A DNA stretch of 57,656 nt, counting the filler, from Sphacelaria rigidula (taxonomy: Eukaryota), in the NCBI GenBank assembly GCA_964200075.2. It is 4 parts of 4 records of this genome, joined end to end, with 100 filler letters (N's around TTAATTAATTAA, not from the genome) between each part and the next. Parts side by side here need not be neighbours in the genome. Positions count along the whole stretch, not along the records: positions 14,443 to 28,783 come from CAXNAA020002305.1; positions 28,884 to 43,220 come from CAXNAA020002306.1; 2 more parts are not named here. One strand, given 5' to 3'. Numbering within the stretch: position 1 is the first letter of the stretch; every line of letters begins with the position of its first letter. This document shows, one piece after another, positions 23,601-36,500 of the stretch. A program made the position numbers and the translations under genes. The notes below the pieces were generated by a model that had not been told where the DNA came from, did no database searches, and was given only the letters and a program-made list of their open reading frames with translations.

Positions 23601-26600
23601 TCCTCGAAGATAATCATCCAAGTCCTCGAACTTCTTCCCCGAGAACAGCGCAGAGCCCTTCTCGTGCCCTCGTCGTTGTGACCCTTCCAACCGTCCACGC
23701 CACGTGCACGCCCTACTCCCGCTCTCCCCTCCACCAACCTCCACCACCCGCATCGTACCCTCCGCGGAGTAGTCCATCGCTGCGACGCCGGCCGCCGTCG
23801 GTGCTGGTAACCCCCGCTTTCTACTCCCTTGTACAGCAGGGACCCTATCGCCGTGACTACGCGGACGCATCGGCAACCCTGCTGTTGACTCTCGCGTTTC
23901 GTCACGGCCACGTAGCTCATCGGAGCTCAGGCTCAGGGGATCTTCGTTCTCGCATAATACGTCCACGTGGTCGTAGTGTCCCCCGTTGGCACGTCTTGCG
24001 AGAGAACGTCGGCGACCTAGCCGGCGGCGCTGGCGGCCGCTGATTGGAATGTGGGTTGAGGATGACAGTGACTTAGAGGGGTCTAGGTGGTCAGAGCGTT
24101 CGTAGGCTTCGGCTTCGTCTCTAGAAAGAGCGGCCTGGCGCGCGAGGACTGCGCGCGCGCGATCTAGCAGAGCGTACACCTGCGAGTGCATACGTGGGTG
24201 TATGTGTGTGTGCATGTGTATGCGTGTGTTTGTGTGCGCGTTCGTGAATATGTGTGGATTTTGTCGATGGTTTGGGAGAGCAGAATGTCCGATAGGGAAA
24301 TGGGTGACAATTAGAGTTCGTAGTCTCGTGCAATTTCCATGATAGACAGTGATGATCACCTCGCACTGTCCAGAGAACTATGTCCCACTTCATGGGTGAA
24401 AGTATTACTTTTGATATTGCTAATGGGTGCTATATGGCAGTTCTTGAGTCGGTGGGCAAAACGCGTACTTGCGATTAGGTTGTGGAATTTGCGGCATCGA
24501 CTGCAACGCCAAGGGGAAAACGCCACACGAGACGCCAGTTTTTCAAACCGAGCGTTGTAAGGTATGGTGGTGAGCCTTGAGTCGCATTGCATCAACAGCA
24601 TCGACTACGCTCGGGTCGGGTGCTGCAAAATTTCGAGTAAACATTGAGATTCAGAATTGTAGTGACTCTTGTGTGTTACTCTCGACGCCTGATTTCGGGT
24701 TGCCAACAAACTTGACGACAGGGCAAAAGTAATCTCAAGTCAACATGCCACTTGCTCGAAAACGCGGAAATGATCTCGAAGCAGTAGAGCAAATGCAAGA
24801 GAACCAAGCAGCACCTACCTGAAAACAAGTTCCGCACACCCGGACGGACTTGTAAAAGTTCTGCGCACCACCCGCTAGCACCTTATCCTCCCTTTTCCGA
24901 GAATGCTGCCTCATGGCACTTGCTTCAGTCTCCTGAAACGCTCGTTGCCCTGCCTCCGCCGCCTTTCCCATGTCGCCCCTGAGCCCATCCAGGTTACGGG
25001 TCCCTCTACTCGCCGCGTCAACCACCACCACCCCCTCACGCACCGCTTTGGAGAAGATTTTCGATGGACCCTCGCCGTCGACGTCACTATCATTGCCGCA
25101 ATCACCTGCTCTACGTTTCCCGCCAAGGTTCGATTCCCTATCTGCATTGTATTCCCGTTCACGTCGCGATCTCTCCTGGCGCGCGAGACTGACGCTACTC
25201 CACGACACCTCGGACCAGGTTTTGGGATCTCGATCTTTCAGCCCTCCTGCAACGGGATCTAGTTTTCGGCTTGCACCGCTGAGCAAAATCGCTGGTTCGG
25301 CGTCTCCCACCCCCGTCCCCGTCCCGCCCCCCGCCATTGGGCGTGATGTTGGAGGCTCCACTTCCATGACGATTCCCTCCTTGATTTGGCGGCGGAAGCT
25401 CGCGTCTCGACGGAGAGCGGAAAGCTCCTGCCCGCTGAACAAGCGGCTTGCCACCTTGACGGCGGGTACGGGAGAGATGGAGAGGATGGGAATGGGAAAT
25501 GATCCTCTACGAAGAGAGGCCGGGGTAGGCTGCGCTGAGAGGGAGACGTTGATCACAATTGAGGTCTTGAATCTCGTGGACGTGGGATATGGATTCAGTG
25601 GTTGAGTAACATGGTCTGCTTTCGGTAGCAGGCGGGATCAGCAGACGGCCCGGGAGAGAAGAGGGCCCAGCAGGGCTGTTCAGAGTTCATGTACTGCGCT
25701 TCAAACCGCTTAGAAGCATGTGCTGGCCGTCCCTTAAGTATGTTTGCGAAAACCTGAAAATGGTATGTGGGTTTGTTATGACACACTGGCACATACCATT
25801 TTTGTGTATGTTGAGCTCTGACAAACGTGGGCAATCGTGATTGGTGTGCTAATCAGGACTCGGCCGCAATGCATTCGGCATGTACAAAACAATTCACGCG
25901 TCCATCTATACGTTACATCGTCGCCGTATCCAAGTAAGGTACACTGACACTTGACCTATCCCACAGTTTGGGGGTGCTAAGTTCGGTCTCCCACTGCCAA
26001 CTACTACAGGTATTTGTCGAGCACTGACACATGTCAATTACCACCACAGTGCAAGATACACTGCAGGTATGGATTATGCGACCGACTTCCCCATACCTCG
26101 GTGAAAAATTCCTTCTCCGACACGTCGGGGTCAAGGATGGACCCTTCTGAGTGCCGACGCTTGCGTGGATCATCTGCGTCTTCGCGCGGGTCCTGGCGAG
26201 ATGCATTATCAGAAAAAAAAAAAGGCACGTACCGGATGTTTGACTTGTCACGACAGCACAAACTGGTGTACTTCGACTTCGGAGTTGTTACCTTTTTCCT
26301 GTACTGAAAATATATGCAAGGGACGTGCTGTGAAGCACGCCCATCATCTGTTGAAATGACTGTAATCTCAACACGCACACATCCCTCCCATGACCAAGCA
26401 TCCGTGACAAATGAAACCTAGTAATTCATGCAGTACATCAGTGATACATGTGATCGTGCACAACAATCACACAATTTATGTCAATCCAAAACATTAGAGT
26501 TGCACGAAAACATGGGAAATCAATACATGCGCGTACTTACCAATACCCGAATTGTACAGTAGTCTCCCGCACAAGCAAACGAGCTGGGATAGTGTCTGTC

Positions 26601-27791
26601 TCCAGGCGCACGACCCCTGGCTTCCCACGCTTGCGATTCCGAAGCTCTTACCCCAGCCGTCATTGTGGGCCGTATCGCGTCCCCCGCGGCTCGTCGATCA
26701 CGTTGCTCAGTAGATGATAGCAGCAACAATGAAGACGACTCAGACGAACCAGCAATTGCTCGACTTTGTTCAGCGGTTCGAGCAAGTGCATCCGCGATCC
26801 CTCCCGAGCCACCCCCGAGTGCGCCGCGGGGTAGCTCTACGGCCTCCGCAGCTCGATCCACTATGCTGCTCATCTCGTGTGGAAGCGCGTTGATGTGATT
26901 TGCTGTGTATTTGCTAGGACCACCGCGAGCACCTTGTTGACGGCGAGTCCGTCTGATGGGCGACGGGGCACCCCCAAACTCTTTCTGCATGGCTAGCGCT
27001 GTTTCTTTGCCTAAGAACTCTCCTCTTCCTCGAGGTCCCTCGACGAGAACGCTCGCGAGGCGTAGATCTTGAGCTGCGTCAGCGGTTGCGATTGTCACAT
27101 TTCCAATCCAGTACAGCCAGATCTGGCCTGCGATATCCACAACGTAGTCGCATAGGATTTCCAAGACTCGCGTTGGCCTGCCCTTCCCGATCTGTAGAAA
27201 GCGAACCACGCTGAGCGTCACCTCGTCTAGAGCCGTGTTAATGTTCGAGGCATTGCTTTTTTCTAGCTTGATCTCACGCTCGCTCCAAGTCGACACAGCA
27301 GTATTTTCGTGGTCGGATATGATGGTGGTGAAGGAACTCGTACCTGTGACGACACGCGCTTTGTCGTTGATAACTTTGTAGAAGTTACGGTACACCGTGC
27401 CCGAGGTACCCCTACCCTGAACATAGCACTGCATGCTTACAATCCCCGGCTCTGCGGCAGGGAATTTGACCATCATTTGCTTGAATGCCTCCTTCCCCAA
27501 GTTTCGGACCGTGCCGTCCATGAACCGAAGCGTGGCCACGTGCTCTCTAGGATTGTTCGGGTTGGCGGCTGCTAAACGCGTGAATCGCTCCTTGATGCTT
27601 GACTTTCGCAATGTGCGTTTTTTCACCACCACCCCGGTTTTGGAGGTGAAAAGCCATGAGTGCGGGGCTCCATCGTGAAATAGGATGGTATCTGGGATTC
27701 CCAGATGGAGACACCCGTTGCCCACGAGACTTTCCATCGCCCATATCGATGGTCGGGTGATGTTCTCGCGCTTGCTCCCACCGGCTGACAT
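14871..27791 (-). CDS. Large multidomain protein (>2000 aa, 3' end off contig): ATP-grasp-like N-terminus, Cys4 motif, receiver-like domain, alpha/beta-hydrolase fold, 6 IQ motifs, coiled coil
   Basis: Hand-built 16 exons, all phase-compatible: 27791-26541, 26192-26097, 25454-24819, 24179-23448, 22962-22840, 22549-22333, 22018-21615, 21097-20930, 20518-20386, 19702-19443, 19089-18856, 18404-17418, 17146-16947, 16703-16511, 15963-15715, 15010-14871 (6023 nt). Introns are GT-AG except one GC-AG. Domain motifs continue across splice junctions. Confidence 0.88.
15715..17146 (-). CDS. IQ calmodulin-binding motif array (6 motifs) over exons 13-15
   Basis: IQGVMRAFLAFK, IQRIFRGWRGR, VQRNWRGHAARR, MQRVWRGAIARR, IQSLWRGVAGRR, IQRIFRGYLGRR. 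Confidence 0.88.
18290..21097 (-). CDS. Alpha/beta-hydrolase-fold domain over exons 8-12
   Basis: LVVCHDLFD...VLLWNYPGQ...YHLVGFGSGGAVA...SLLLLNS...IDIPVICVQSTQNNFV...AGHEIFQE follows the alpha/beta-hydrolase motif order. Confidence 0.8.
20627..20690. repeat. (TG)n microsatellite, intronic
   Basis: Direct observation. Confidence 0.95.
21615..22962 (-). CDS. Response-regulator receiver (REC)-like domain over exons 5-7
   Basis: RVFLADAEPEVATTTKEMLERAGYMVTVEGDGKQ|ALEALIEGDGEWDALVIERDLPVMDAFGVT...LPIICLTSKAAPEDLRSYMAAGMDGCVSKPLESGPLLNTL fits the hybrid-kinase REC pattern. Confidence 0.85.
26541..27791 (-). CDS. Exon 1 of the multidomain gene; degenerate ATP-grasp-like domain
   Basis: 417 open codons from ATG (MSAGGSKREN) to a GTAAGT donor. 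Motifs GIPDT, VVKK, MQCYVQG and DYVVDIAGQIWL resemble the ATP-grasp pattern; the fold assignment is inference. Confidence 0.8.
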
Positions 27792-28783
27792 GTTGTACAA
27801 TCAGCAGAGCCAGCGTTCAAACGTCTTCCCTAACTAGGTTGAATATTTGTAAATTGCAGGAAGTTGACGCGGAGCCTATGTCCTCCAGGAGACTTCCACA
27901 TTACTACACTACCTCATGAGCGCTCGTGCAAGGATTCTCTCTCATGCTCGGTATATCTCGGAAGTCGCGAGGTAGTAGAATAAAACGCTGCCCTGTCCTT
28001 TGCGTCCCTTTCATCCAAAAACATCTACCAAATAGAATAACCGGTCTCACATGAAACGGTGATTGCGAACCGGCACGTTTCCCCCCGCTAACCTCAACAA
28101 AAATGGCATCCTGAATCCTGAATCCTGAAGCTGCGACCCTTCTTGTTCATCTTGATGCGTGCGCTTAGTCGAGCTACCGTGTACTGGAAGATGGAGTACA
28201 GGAGGGATCCCGGTCTAGTGGTAACCGGTTTTGTGTTTGGTTCCAGTTTAGCGTTTCAAGGTTCGGCTGGCACCGTTTAACCCCGGTTTAACTATGTATG
28301 ACCGCTAAAACGGACAGTTGCCGGTTTATTGTAACAGAACGGTTTTTCAGGGCGGTTTCAGCCAGAATAGCGGTTGTGTGCCCCACAGTACAGCGGCAGT
28401 GCAGCAGCACCGGGACCCCTACTGTACTCGAAAAGGAAGCTATTACGAGCACAGTCCGTTGTTTGTCGTGAAAATGTACTAAATTGCTGGACTAGCCTGC
28501 TGCGTTGCTTGTACAATATAGAAAAGTCAATCGAAACTGTGGATAGTTGGCGCCGGAATGTGAACACGTCGGCATGTGTGTGCTCCGTGCTGTAGGCCTT
28601 CGCGTAGACTTCGGGGCTCGTTGGTTGTCAAGGGTCCAATTCACCAACAAATTGACGTGATCCTATATCGAAGAGGGGTGAAATCGACTCACGGAATGAT
28701 TCACGTGTGTGGTTGAGCAATGCTACGGTAGGGGTGCACTTTTTTCGCGAAATTTTGTCGGGGTCAGGGGCTCCTAACGATTC

Positions 28784-28883
28784 NNNNNNNNNNNNNNNNN
28801 NNNNNNNNNNNNNNNNNNNNNNNNNNNTTAATTAATTAANNNNNNNNNNNNNNNNNNNNNNNNNNNNNNNNNNNNNNNNNNNN
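28784..28883. other. Artificial contig linker
   Basis: N44-TTAATTAATTAA-N44. Confidence 0.98.
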
Positions 28884-30035
28884 CCTTCATGCGACTCGCC
28901 GAACACACCACGGGGCTTCGCGCTTGGTGATTGAGTGCGAGCCTGGTCCGGCGAAAACGCGGTGTGCTCCGTCCCGGCTTTATAGGGAGGCGAGGTCAAT
29001 GGTCTGATGACTGATGACTATGGCATGCATGATCATGACTACACGCCCCCCCCCCCCCAAAGAAGTGGTTGGTTTTGAGGGGCATAATCTTCACGTAAAT
29101 CGAAATGGGAAAGCCGAGCACAACGATCAGCTGGGAACTCCAACGCTTGGATTCGTTCTAGCCAATGTCGCCAGTATGAGGCGCTTCATGCAGCCTGAAC
29201 CCAAATGTCAGGCGTTGTATAGCCATTTTTTTCGTGACACTTTTGGGCTGGTTCTAGGGGGCGGGGGCTATCGTAGAAACCGTCACAGTACAGTGGTTTT
29301 TGCTTACATCGGGTTCATTCGGGAGACTGGGAAAGCTGTAGTCTGGACAACGTGTAGCTGCTTTTAAGCTGGCCCAGCTCGTACTCGTATTATGTGATGC
29401 AAAAAGGGACTACGTGCGTTAACGAGTCGCACTTACCGCAGCCGAAAAAAAGCATACTGATTGAGACGTCGGTAGACCACCACTACAGTACTGTAGCACT
29501 GTGTCTGTTTGAGGTTGAAATTAAGTTATTGTCACACATCACACACATGAACTGATTCGCGACGGGTCCAGCCGCCGTGGTCACTGTTGTTATAGGAGCA
29601 AGATAAACGCATCCAACGACAACAAAACAGAAGAATCATCCATCATTGTGCGAAGGAAACTCAAGAAAATCGAGAAAGTCGGAACAAAGAGGGGCAGGAA
29701 AGCAGGCAGAATGGTGAGCTGATGAAGTAAATGGACGCCAGGCTGGAGAGCAAAAAGGCTTCGGACTAAAAAAAAAAGATACTTTACGAGCTGGGCCAGC
29801 TGACAGTGTTTTTTGGACGAAGAGTGGAGATATCTGATGCCGTTGGCAATCCGAAGAGTTGGGCGCTCAACTTTTGACAGCATTTTATTAACCCGCGCAA
29901 CCCTATTGAGGGTGCAGAGGGAAAAAACATCAGGAAGTTGGAGCGAGTTGAAGTTTTAGCAAAAACAGGGAAAGTGCTATAACTTCCTCGAAAAATTTAT
30001 AAAAACGACGACAACGCTCCAACACATACAAGAGT

Positions 30036-30317
30036 GTTTTCGTGAGATTGAGAGTAGAGGATACGAAAAGCAGTGAGGTGGTGACTGAATCGTTTCAGTT
30101 CCGAAATGCCCCTCCGTGAGGCCCGATATGTTGTATTTAGTAGCTCGCCACTGAGGCCCTTGACATCCCTGAGTAGGATATCGACGTGTAGCTGTAAGCA
30201 CACGCTAGCTAGTGATAGACAAAGAAAAGCATACACGAAATGAAACATTGGCTAGGTTAAAGCAAATGATCAAAGCCACTCTCAATCAGCATTCTTCTCT
30301 CAATCTCTCACGAAAAC
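30036..30317. mobile_element. MITE family 1
   Basis: Homologous to 1473-1760, both TIRs present. Confidence 0.8.
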
Positions 30318-30416
30318 GTTGTTATACGGGCAATGGCATCGGCGATACTCCGGTAAAGCTTCGGCCAAAGATGCCTCAAATTGGGAGCGGCATCGCACTT
30401 TTCGTCTAACACAGTC

Positions 30417-30482
30417 GCGCCCGATTAGTTCAAGTGATACGGGAGACTCCAATTGTGGAGGTCATGAGTTCGAATCCCCCCA
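30417..30482 (+). other. tRNA-like Pol III promoter remnant (probable SINE head or pseudo-tRNA)
   Basis: A-box-like TAGTTCAAGTG and B box GAGTTCGAATCC; no full cloverleaf. Confidence 0.4.
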
Positions 30483-33400
30483 GATTCTCTTCTTTCTCGT
30501 CCGTCGTGAAGGTCATATAGATATGATCATGCACTGCATTTCTTTTTCTTGATTCAGCGGCCGTGCCGTGTGTTACCAGGTTGGTCTGCACTTCACAGCG
30601 ATATGCTCAAGTCGCGCTGATTTGGAAAACTGACAAGTTGTGGTGTGGGAAGCGAATGCGGGATTGACTGCTGGCCCAGCTCGTACCTTCTTCACGTATT
30701 TTGCCGTTACCCTGAATCAAGCGGGAATTGTGTTTGTGGCATGTTTCCCCTAATTTCACCTGTCTGCTTGGCTCAAAATTATACCTTTCGAAGCAAGGGT
30801 CTGTCACAAAAATATTTCTGGCCACGTAGGCCCCAAGATCGAAAATTCGAGTTTTTGACGGGCGGGGGGGGGGGGGGGGCGGGGACTCAGCCTGCTCTCC
30901 CCTACTTTATTGCCGAGGCGTTGGCGGGAGCGGGCAGTTACCGTCTACAGAGATCCTCGGCATGAACACCGGTTCACCTGAATTCCCCAAAGTTGTTTCT
31001 TCATCTAGGACCCCAACATTTCGGTGAGCGAAATCCGAATTTGTAGGGCGTGTAGCAGTTGTCAATAGATACCAGTAGGTGAAGGAATGGAACCGTATTT
31101 CGAAGACTGGTGTGGATACGGAGATTTTGATCCTCCGGGTTATCCTCAATGAAAAGCTCCATCCCTAATTTCGATGATCGGCTGTCCAAAAATCATACCG
31201 GAAACATGATACAGTATTCCAAGTTGGGGTGACGCTACAACCGTATACAAAAACCAAAGCTTGGGCCCGAAACATGGAGTCTCTTTTTGCTTGGGAGTCG
31301 CTCTTGATCTGCACAGTATAGCAGAGCACGACGCCCTGAATCGCACGCACTGGTAGCGATCACACCTGTCTTGTCGGCCCGGTATATGCCATTTATTTTT
31401 GGAGGGGCGGTTATTCTGCAGTCCTAGAACTAGTAGTGTAGACGTATACACGTGCGTGTCTCCGGCACGGTAACAATATGAAGGCATAAAATGTATAATA
31501 TGCATACGGCTCGGCGTGTGTTTTCTTTCAAATGATGAGTTGATCCTTTTTGTCCGGTCTATCCCATGGAGGAGGAAAAAATGCTGACTTCAAAATTGGA
31601 AGCAAAATCGACTCTTGGTGCTGCAATCGAGTCCGGCACAGACACGGAAAATGCTTCCGGCGTTCATAAGGTTCAGTCAGGCCCATGACGACATCGACGA
31701 ACAGCTGATAAACCACAGCCAGTGGAAAGCACCGTTCAGTTTTCGGAATCTTCACACCAATAAACTACAAAAAAACACTTTTCAAAACTGTTTGAGGAGA
31801 TCGAACACGGCGGAGTTTCTTCGGACAGTCACAGCAAACGGACGCTTGTCTCGACCAGTCCGAAAAATGCGCGCCACGTCGTTCTTATTAGCCTCGAATA
31901 AAACGTTTCCAACATATCCCCCCCCTCATGGTCAATGGTCAAACGACTAAAGCAAGCAACAAATGAGTACGCCCCCCCCCCCTCCAGAAAGACATCGCAC
32001 GTCACTCGTCAGAGACGTGATGCATCATCACCCGACACGTAGGTCTCAGGGGCATTTTCAATTGGCCCTCGCGTTTGACTAACTTTTGTAAATTTCCCAA
32101 TTCTGGATACGTGAACATTTGAGAACAATCACCATACCGTGAGCCAGGGACTGCCGAAAAAAGCCCCACCGTTTGACCCCTTGCGATAGTTGAGAATGCA
32201 GTTTTCTCGGACGATGGATCATCCCTCCCCCCTCCTCCCCCAGAAAGCTCTTGATTGATTCAGCCAATTCCATCACTTGACTTTGTCCATGTCTAAAATG
32301 TCCCTGCGCTACGAAGTGTAGTGGATGACGTCAACCGTCGACCAAGGAAGATTGGCTAATCGGAAAATTGCGTGCCGCTTGACCCCCTGTCTCCTTGCGT
32401 CCGGCTCTATCTGCCCCTTTTGGCCCAGCCCTCGGGACACCGCTACGATGTAAACGGATACGCGAACTCACCGCACGTCGCCGGTGCCTCAACGCTTTCC
32501 ACCCGCGATACCATTTTTTTTTGCTTTTGTTTTTGGCCCTTCATCATAAGGATGACAAAGCCTAGGAGGACAAACCTCTACCTACACTTATTACACCGCC
32601 ACGGTGTGCTTCGTGTTCCGATTCTGACTCGGAGCGTGCCGCTCAAAACAAACAAGCACGCTAGGATAGGCGCCAACCATACCCCTGAATGAGGGTATGA
32701 CAGGCAGTGTGAGACTCAAACCCACCAAACAACCCCCTATTGCCAACTGCCTCTTGTAGTCGGGCCCCGGGCTCACTACTGCTATCTAGGGCCACGACAC
32801 CCAGTTGGACTTTGATCCCTGCCCGTATTCCCTCCACGTATCGTACAAACGATAAACCCCGTCCGCCCCAGCCCTTGCTCTCCATCCTGTTCGTCATCTC
32901 GAGGAGAACAAAACAACTTCTCAAGATACCATGGACGACAGTATGGCAGCCTACACGCCTCTTCGACGCTGACTATTGATGAGACAAAACTCACATGCAC
33001 ACCCATTCTTGTACCCTCCGAAACTAAACAAGATCGGGCACAAGCCTTCAGGCTACCGTCACGGGGGATACAAGTGCCAGGGACGAACAACGAGCAACGA
33101 AGCTCCGCCCCCGCCTGCCATGTAACAGACAGACACACCAAGACAAAACAGAGGACAACGTGCGAACCTCGACATCTACAGGATGGTCCACGGGGACAGC
33201 GCAACACGGTCGTTGCACTCAATCTCTCGCACCCTGCGCCCTGTCAAGATTCGGACATCGCATAACCAGTCTCACTTCAGTGTCGTGACAGATGAAAACA
33301 CGAGCGACATGACCTCTTCCTCCTCCCGTTCCCCTTCCTCCCCTCCTTCCTCTGCCGCTGTGCGTTCGTGAAAAGACCCAAGAAAATGGCATGGAGAACG

Positions 33401-33592
33401 ATAGAGCACCCAAGCCCCGACGCGCATACCCAGCATCAACGACTGAGCAACATCGCTACCCCCTCGTTCTCGCACCCTTTGCCCAGGGTCGGAAAAAATG
33501 TCACGACACGACCGTCATCAAGCAAGACCAGAAAATGCAAGGTGTGCATACTGCACATACAGAGCCCTACCGTATACTCCTCCCTGTCCGTC

Positions 33593-36500
33593 CTACATAC
33601 GCTCGTAAAACAGGAGGTACGGTGTGCTGCCCGGACGCTTAGGGCACCCGACGACCTGCTTTTCCGTCACCTTGGTGACCTTCGTGTCGTCGAACTCACG
33701 CCACTGGCCCGTGGGGTCGCGGACAAGCGACGTGTAGTGCCCATTAGCAAGAGAGGGGCCATGGTGCATAACTAACAAAAACACGTTTCAGAGCAGCAGC
33801 GACGGACAGCAAAGAGGGTGTTGGTTTGAACGTCTAGACTCGATTGGGTACTCGTGCCAGCTGGATGTATCGTTTCCAGTGAGGACTATCGAAAGTTACC
33901 GGGGGTGGGGGGGGTTCGGCGTCGACACCAACCAAGCGAACGCAGGGGCATGAAATATACAGTGCCAACATGGGAATTCAGTTTGAATGAAGAGACTGGA
34001 CCGAAATCAAATTTTGACACGCGGTCAAGTCTCTTCGATGACTGGGGAGATTGGTCCGAAACGACATTGTGGGAAGCGAGCAACTGGCGGGCGAACGCAT
34101 CATCAGTTATTTTCAAATCTTCTGGACAGCAGACGTGCTGACCCTCAATATAGTACTCAGGCAAAGCAATGCAAAGACATGCATAGGGACCACCAAGTAT
34201 TCGTGCACACCACGAGATCGCCGAGAGAGCCAGCCTGGGCCTCCATGCTGCGCTTCAAGCAATACAAGGATCGTCGAGCCGTCGGAGTGCATCGAGCAAC
34301 AGGTCCGTTCATGTCAACCAGCTGCATGAGGCTGCTACCGATGAGCTCAACTCCACAGCACAGTGCGGTAGTCATTTCGAATTCTACGTCTGGCGCTCAG
34401 TGTAGTACCATACCACGAAGCGCTGGACGGTCTTCTGGGCAACGCAAGTACACACGCCAAACACAACTCACCGACGGCGATCAGGCGGTACTTCACGCCC
34501 TTGTCCCCGCTCTTCGCTCGAAGGGCATCCGACAGCATTGCGCGTGGCACCGTGAGGATCGGTCGATAGCTGCCGGTAAGGGGATGAGCAGTCAGCCACG
34601 AAAATACGGAATCATAATCGTGTTGCAACTGTTGTACTGCAGTGAAAGCAAGAGCATTCGGACCAGACTGGCAAGTGGCACCGACTCGACCCTTTGCACA
34701 AAACAACACATGCCATGTGCAACGCCTCAACGTAGGTGGGGTGGGAAACCGAACTGCATGCACGCTTCATCTGAGCGCCCGTCACCATCTGTTTCAGCCG
34801 GAGACGTGGACCCCGCTTTCACCGCGGAGGGAACCTTGTCCCCCTCATGTACAGCGTCAAGAACGCGACAGAAACCACCACACCCCTATGCGATCACGCT
34901 TGGCACTATCAAGCACTGAGAACTACGCAGGGTCCGCAAAATTCACACCACCCAGCACTGCCGATACTATACTTGTACTTGTATCTGTATCTGTGTCCTT
35001 CGTATATGTTCGGGGAATACCTCAAGCGACCCTTGAGCTTGTCGGAACCCATGCCTCCGAATGCAAACTGCTTCGCCTGGATAACCATCATCGGGGGAGC
35101 CTCATGCAGAGATGAGCGCTTCGTCGCTTCCACCTTGGTGCGCGCAGGTATCAGGACATGGACAGAGTAATGGCGTAACAATATTTCCAAAAATGCTCAC
35201 GTCTGTGTCGGCGGCGAACATCCCCTCCCAGTCATGTGGATCATGACAAAGGATGGTACAGCAAGGACATTGCGAGGAAAATAGACGGTACAGGTGGTGT
35301 GTTCCCTCCGAATGTGCGCCGAGTTTTCAAACGGCGTTGGGAGATTTCTATCAACTCTTTCGTGGCGCTTTCAAGCGCGAATCGGGTAACGGGGATTAGC
35401 TCCATGCTTAGCACTCAGCCGTCTAACCGCTGTTCCGGTGACGTACTCAGCTCCACCCAACATGTTCTGCTGGGACGGGGACCAAAATAAAGGTCCCGAA
35501 AAGCGCATGTGGAAGCGCGTTCAACAAGAACGGGGCGGTGTTTGGTCGCTCCAAACTCTCATGGACTTGAATACAATATCCAACGTGTCGCCTTACCGGG
35601 CCAAGTGCGTCCTTGCAACCTGACAATTTCTCTGTGGTGAAGAAACCGCGGAGCCCTTGCACCACCGGAGTGGCCTTCACCCTCCCTGTCTGCCCCTTGC
35701 CGCCGCGCCGGCCTCCCTTCTTCGCGCCGGGTTTTTCTTGCTGCCCTCCCTTGAGGCTTGCCTCCTCCTCACTCTGCGTTTGCTGGGGAAGAAACGCCTG
35801 CTTGAGCGGGACGTGGATGGCAAACGGGACAGCGCGAGAGACGGACTGTCAACAGGCCTTCTCCACTGTGCTCAGAGAGGGGCTTGGGTGCCGACCCTCG
35901 GAGCGGAATCAACTTTCGAGAACAAAATCGAAAGAAATCCAAGCAGATCTAGCGTCGTACCACATCTACTCGTGCTCGTTCTGCAAGAAAGGCGCTTCTA
36001 CCAAGCTACACGAGTAAGCTACCCCATACATTGCAAGGTGCACTTTCCTGGTGACACACGCGTTTGTCAAACAAAGTACGCTGCGCAAACAGGATAGAGT
36101 CTCTTTTCGACACCAGGCGCCTTTGTGCTACAGCATATCTTGTACCTCCTGCCCGTAGGGGGTCATGCACTTGCCCTGTTAGAGACTTTAGAGGCATGTG
36201 CTTGGTGCCACACTTTACATCCAAAACAACAACCCACGTGCACAACGCTGATGGTCTCCGGAGTATGATTCTCTGTAGACTGGTCGCCCCTCGTCTTCCT
36301 CAGCGTGGATAACATGGCCCCGGAGAACAACCCGTCAAGCTGAAGCAACTCGCCAGCGGCAAACAGCAAGCAGCAAACACCGAACCAACAAGAAGGAGAC
36401 AGCGACAGACAATTCTCACCCCATGCATTCTATGACCCCGGGAGTCGGCAAAAGGGCCAGCGAAAGTAAAAGATGGCACATGCATGAAGCACATTCAACC

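Noticed and set aside
25595-25760. Extra exon in intron 2 of the multidomain gene (VFANILKGRP...)
   Set aside because: It has an acceptor-like TTTCAG but no clear in-phase donor before the stop; exons 2 and 3 join in phase without it.
36420-36499. Candidate USP exon VECASC...IECM resembling a zinc ribbon
   Set aside because: It ends in phase 2 and breaks the frame; skipping it gives a better USP10-like join (RRSA|LDGLFSG).
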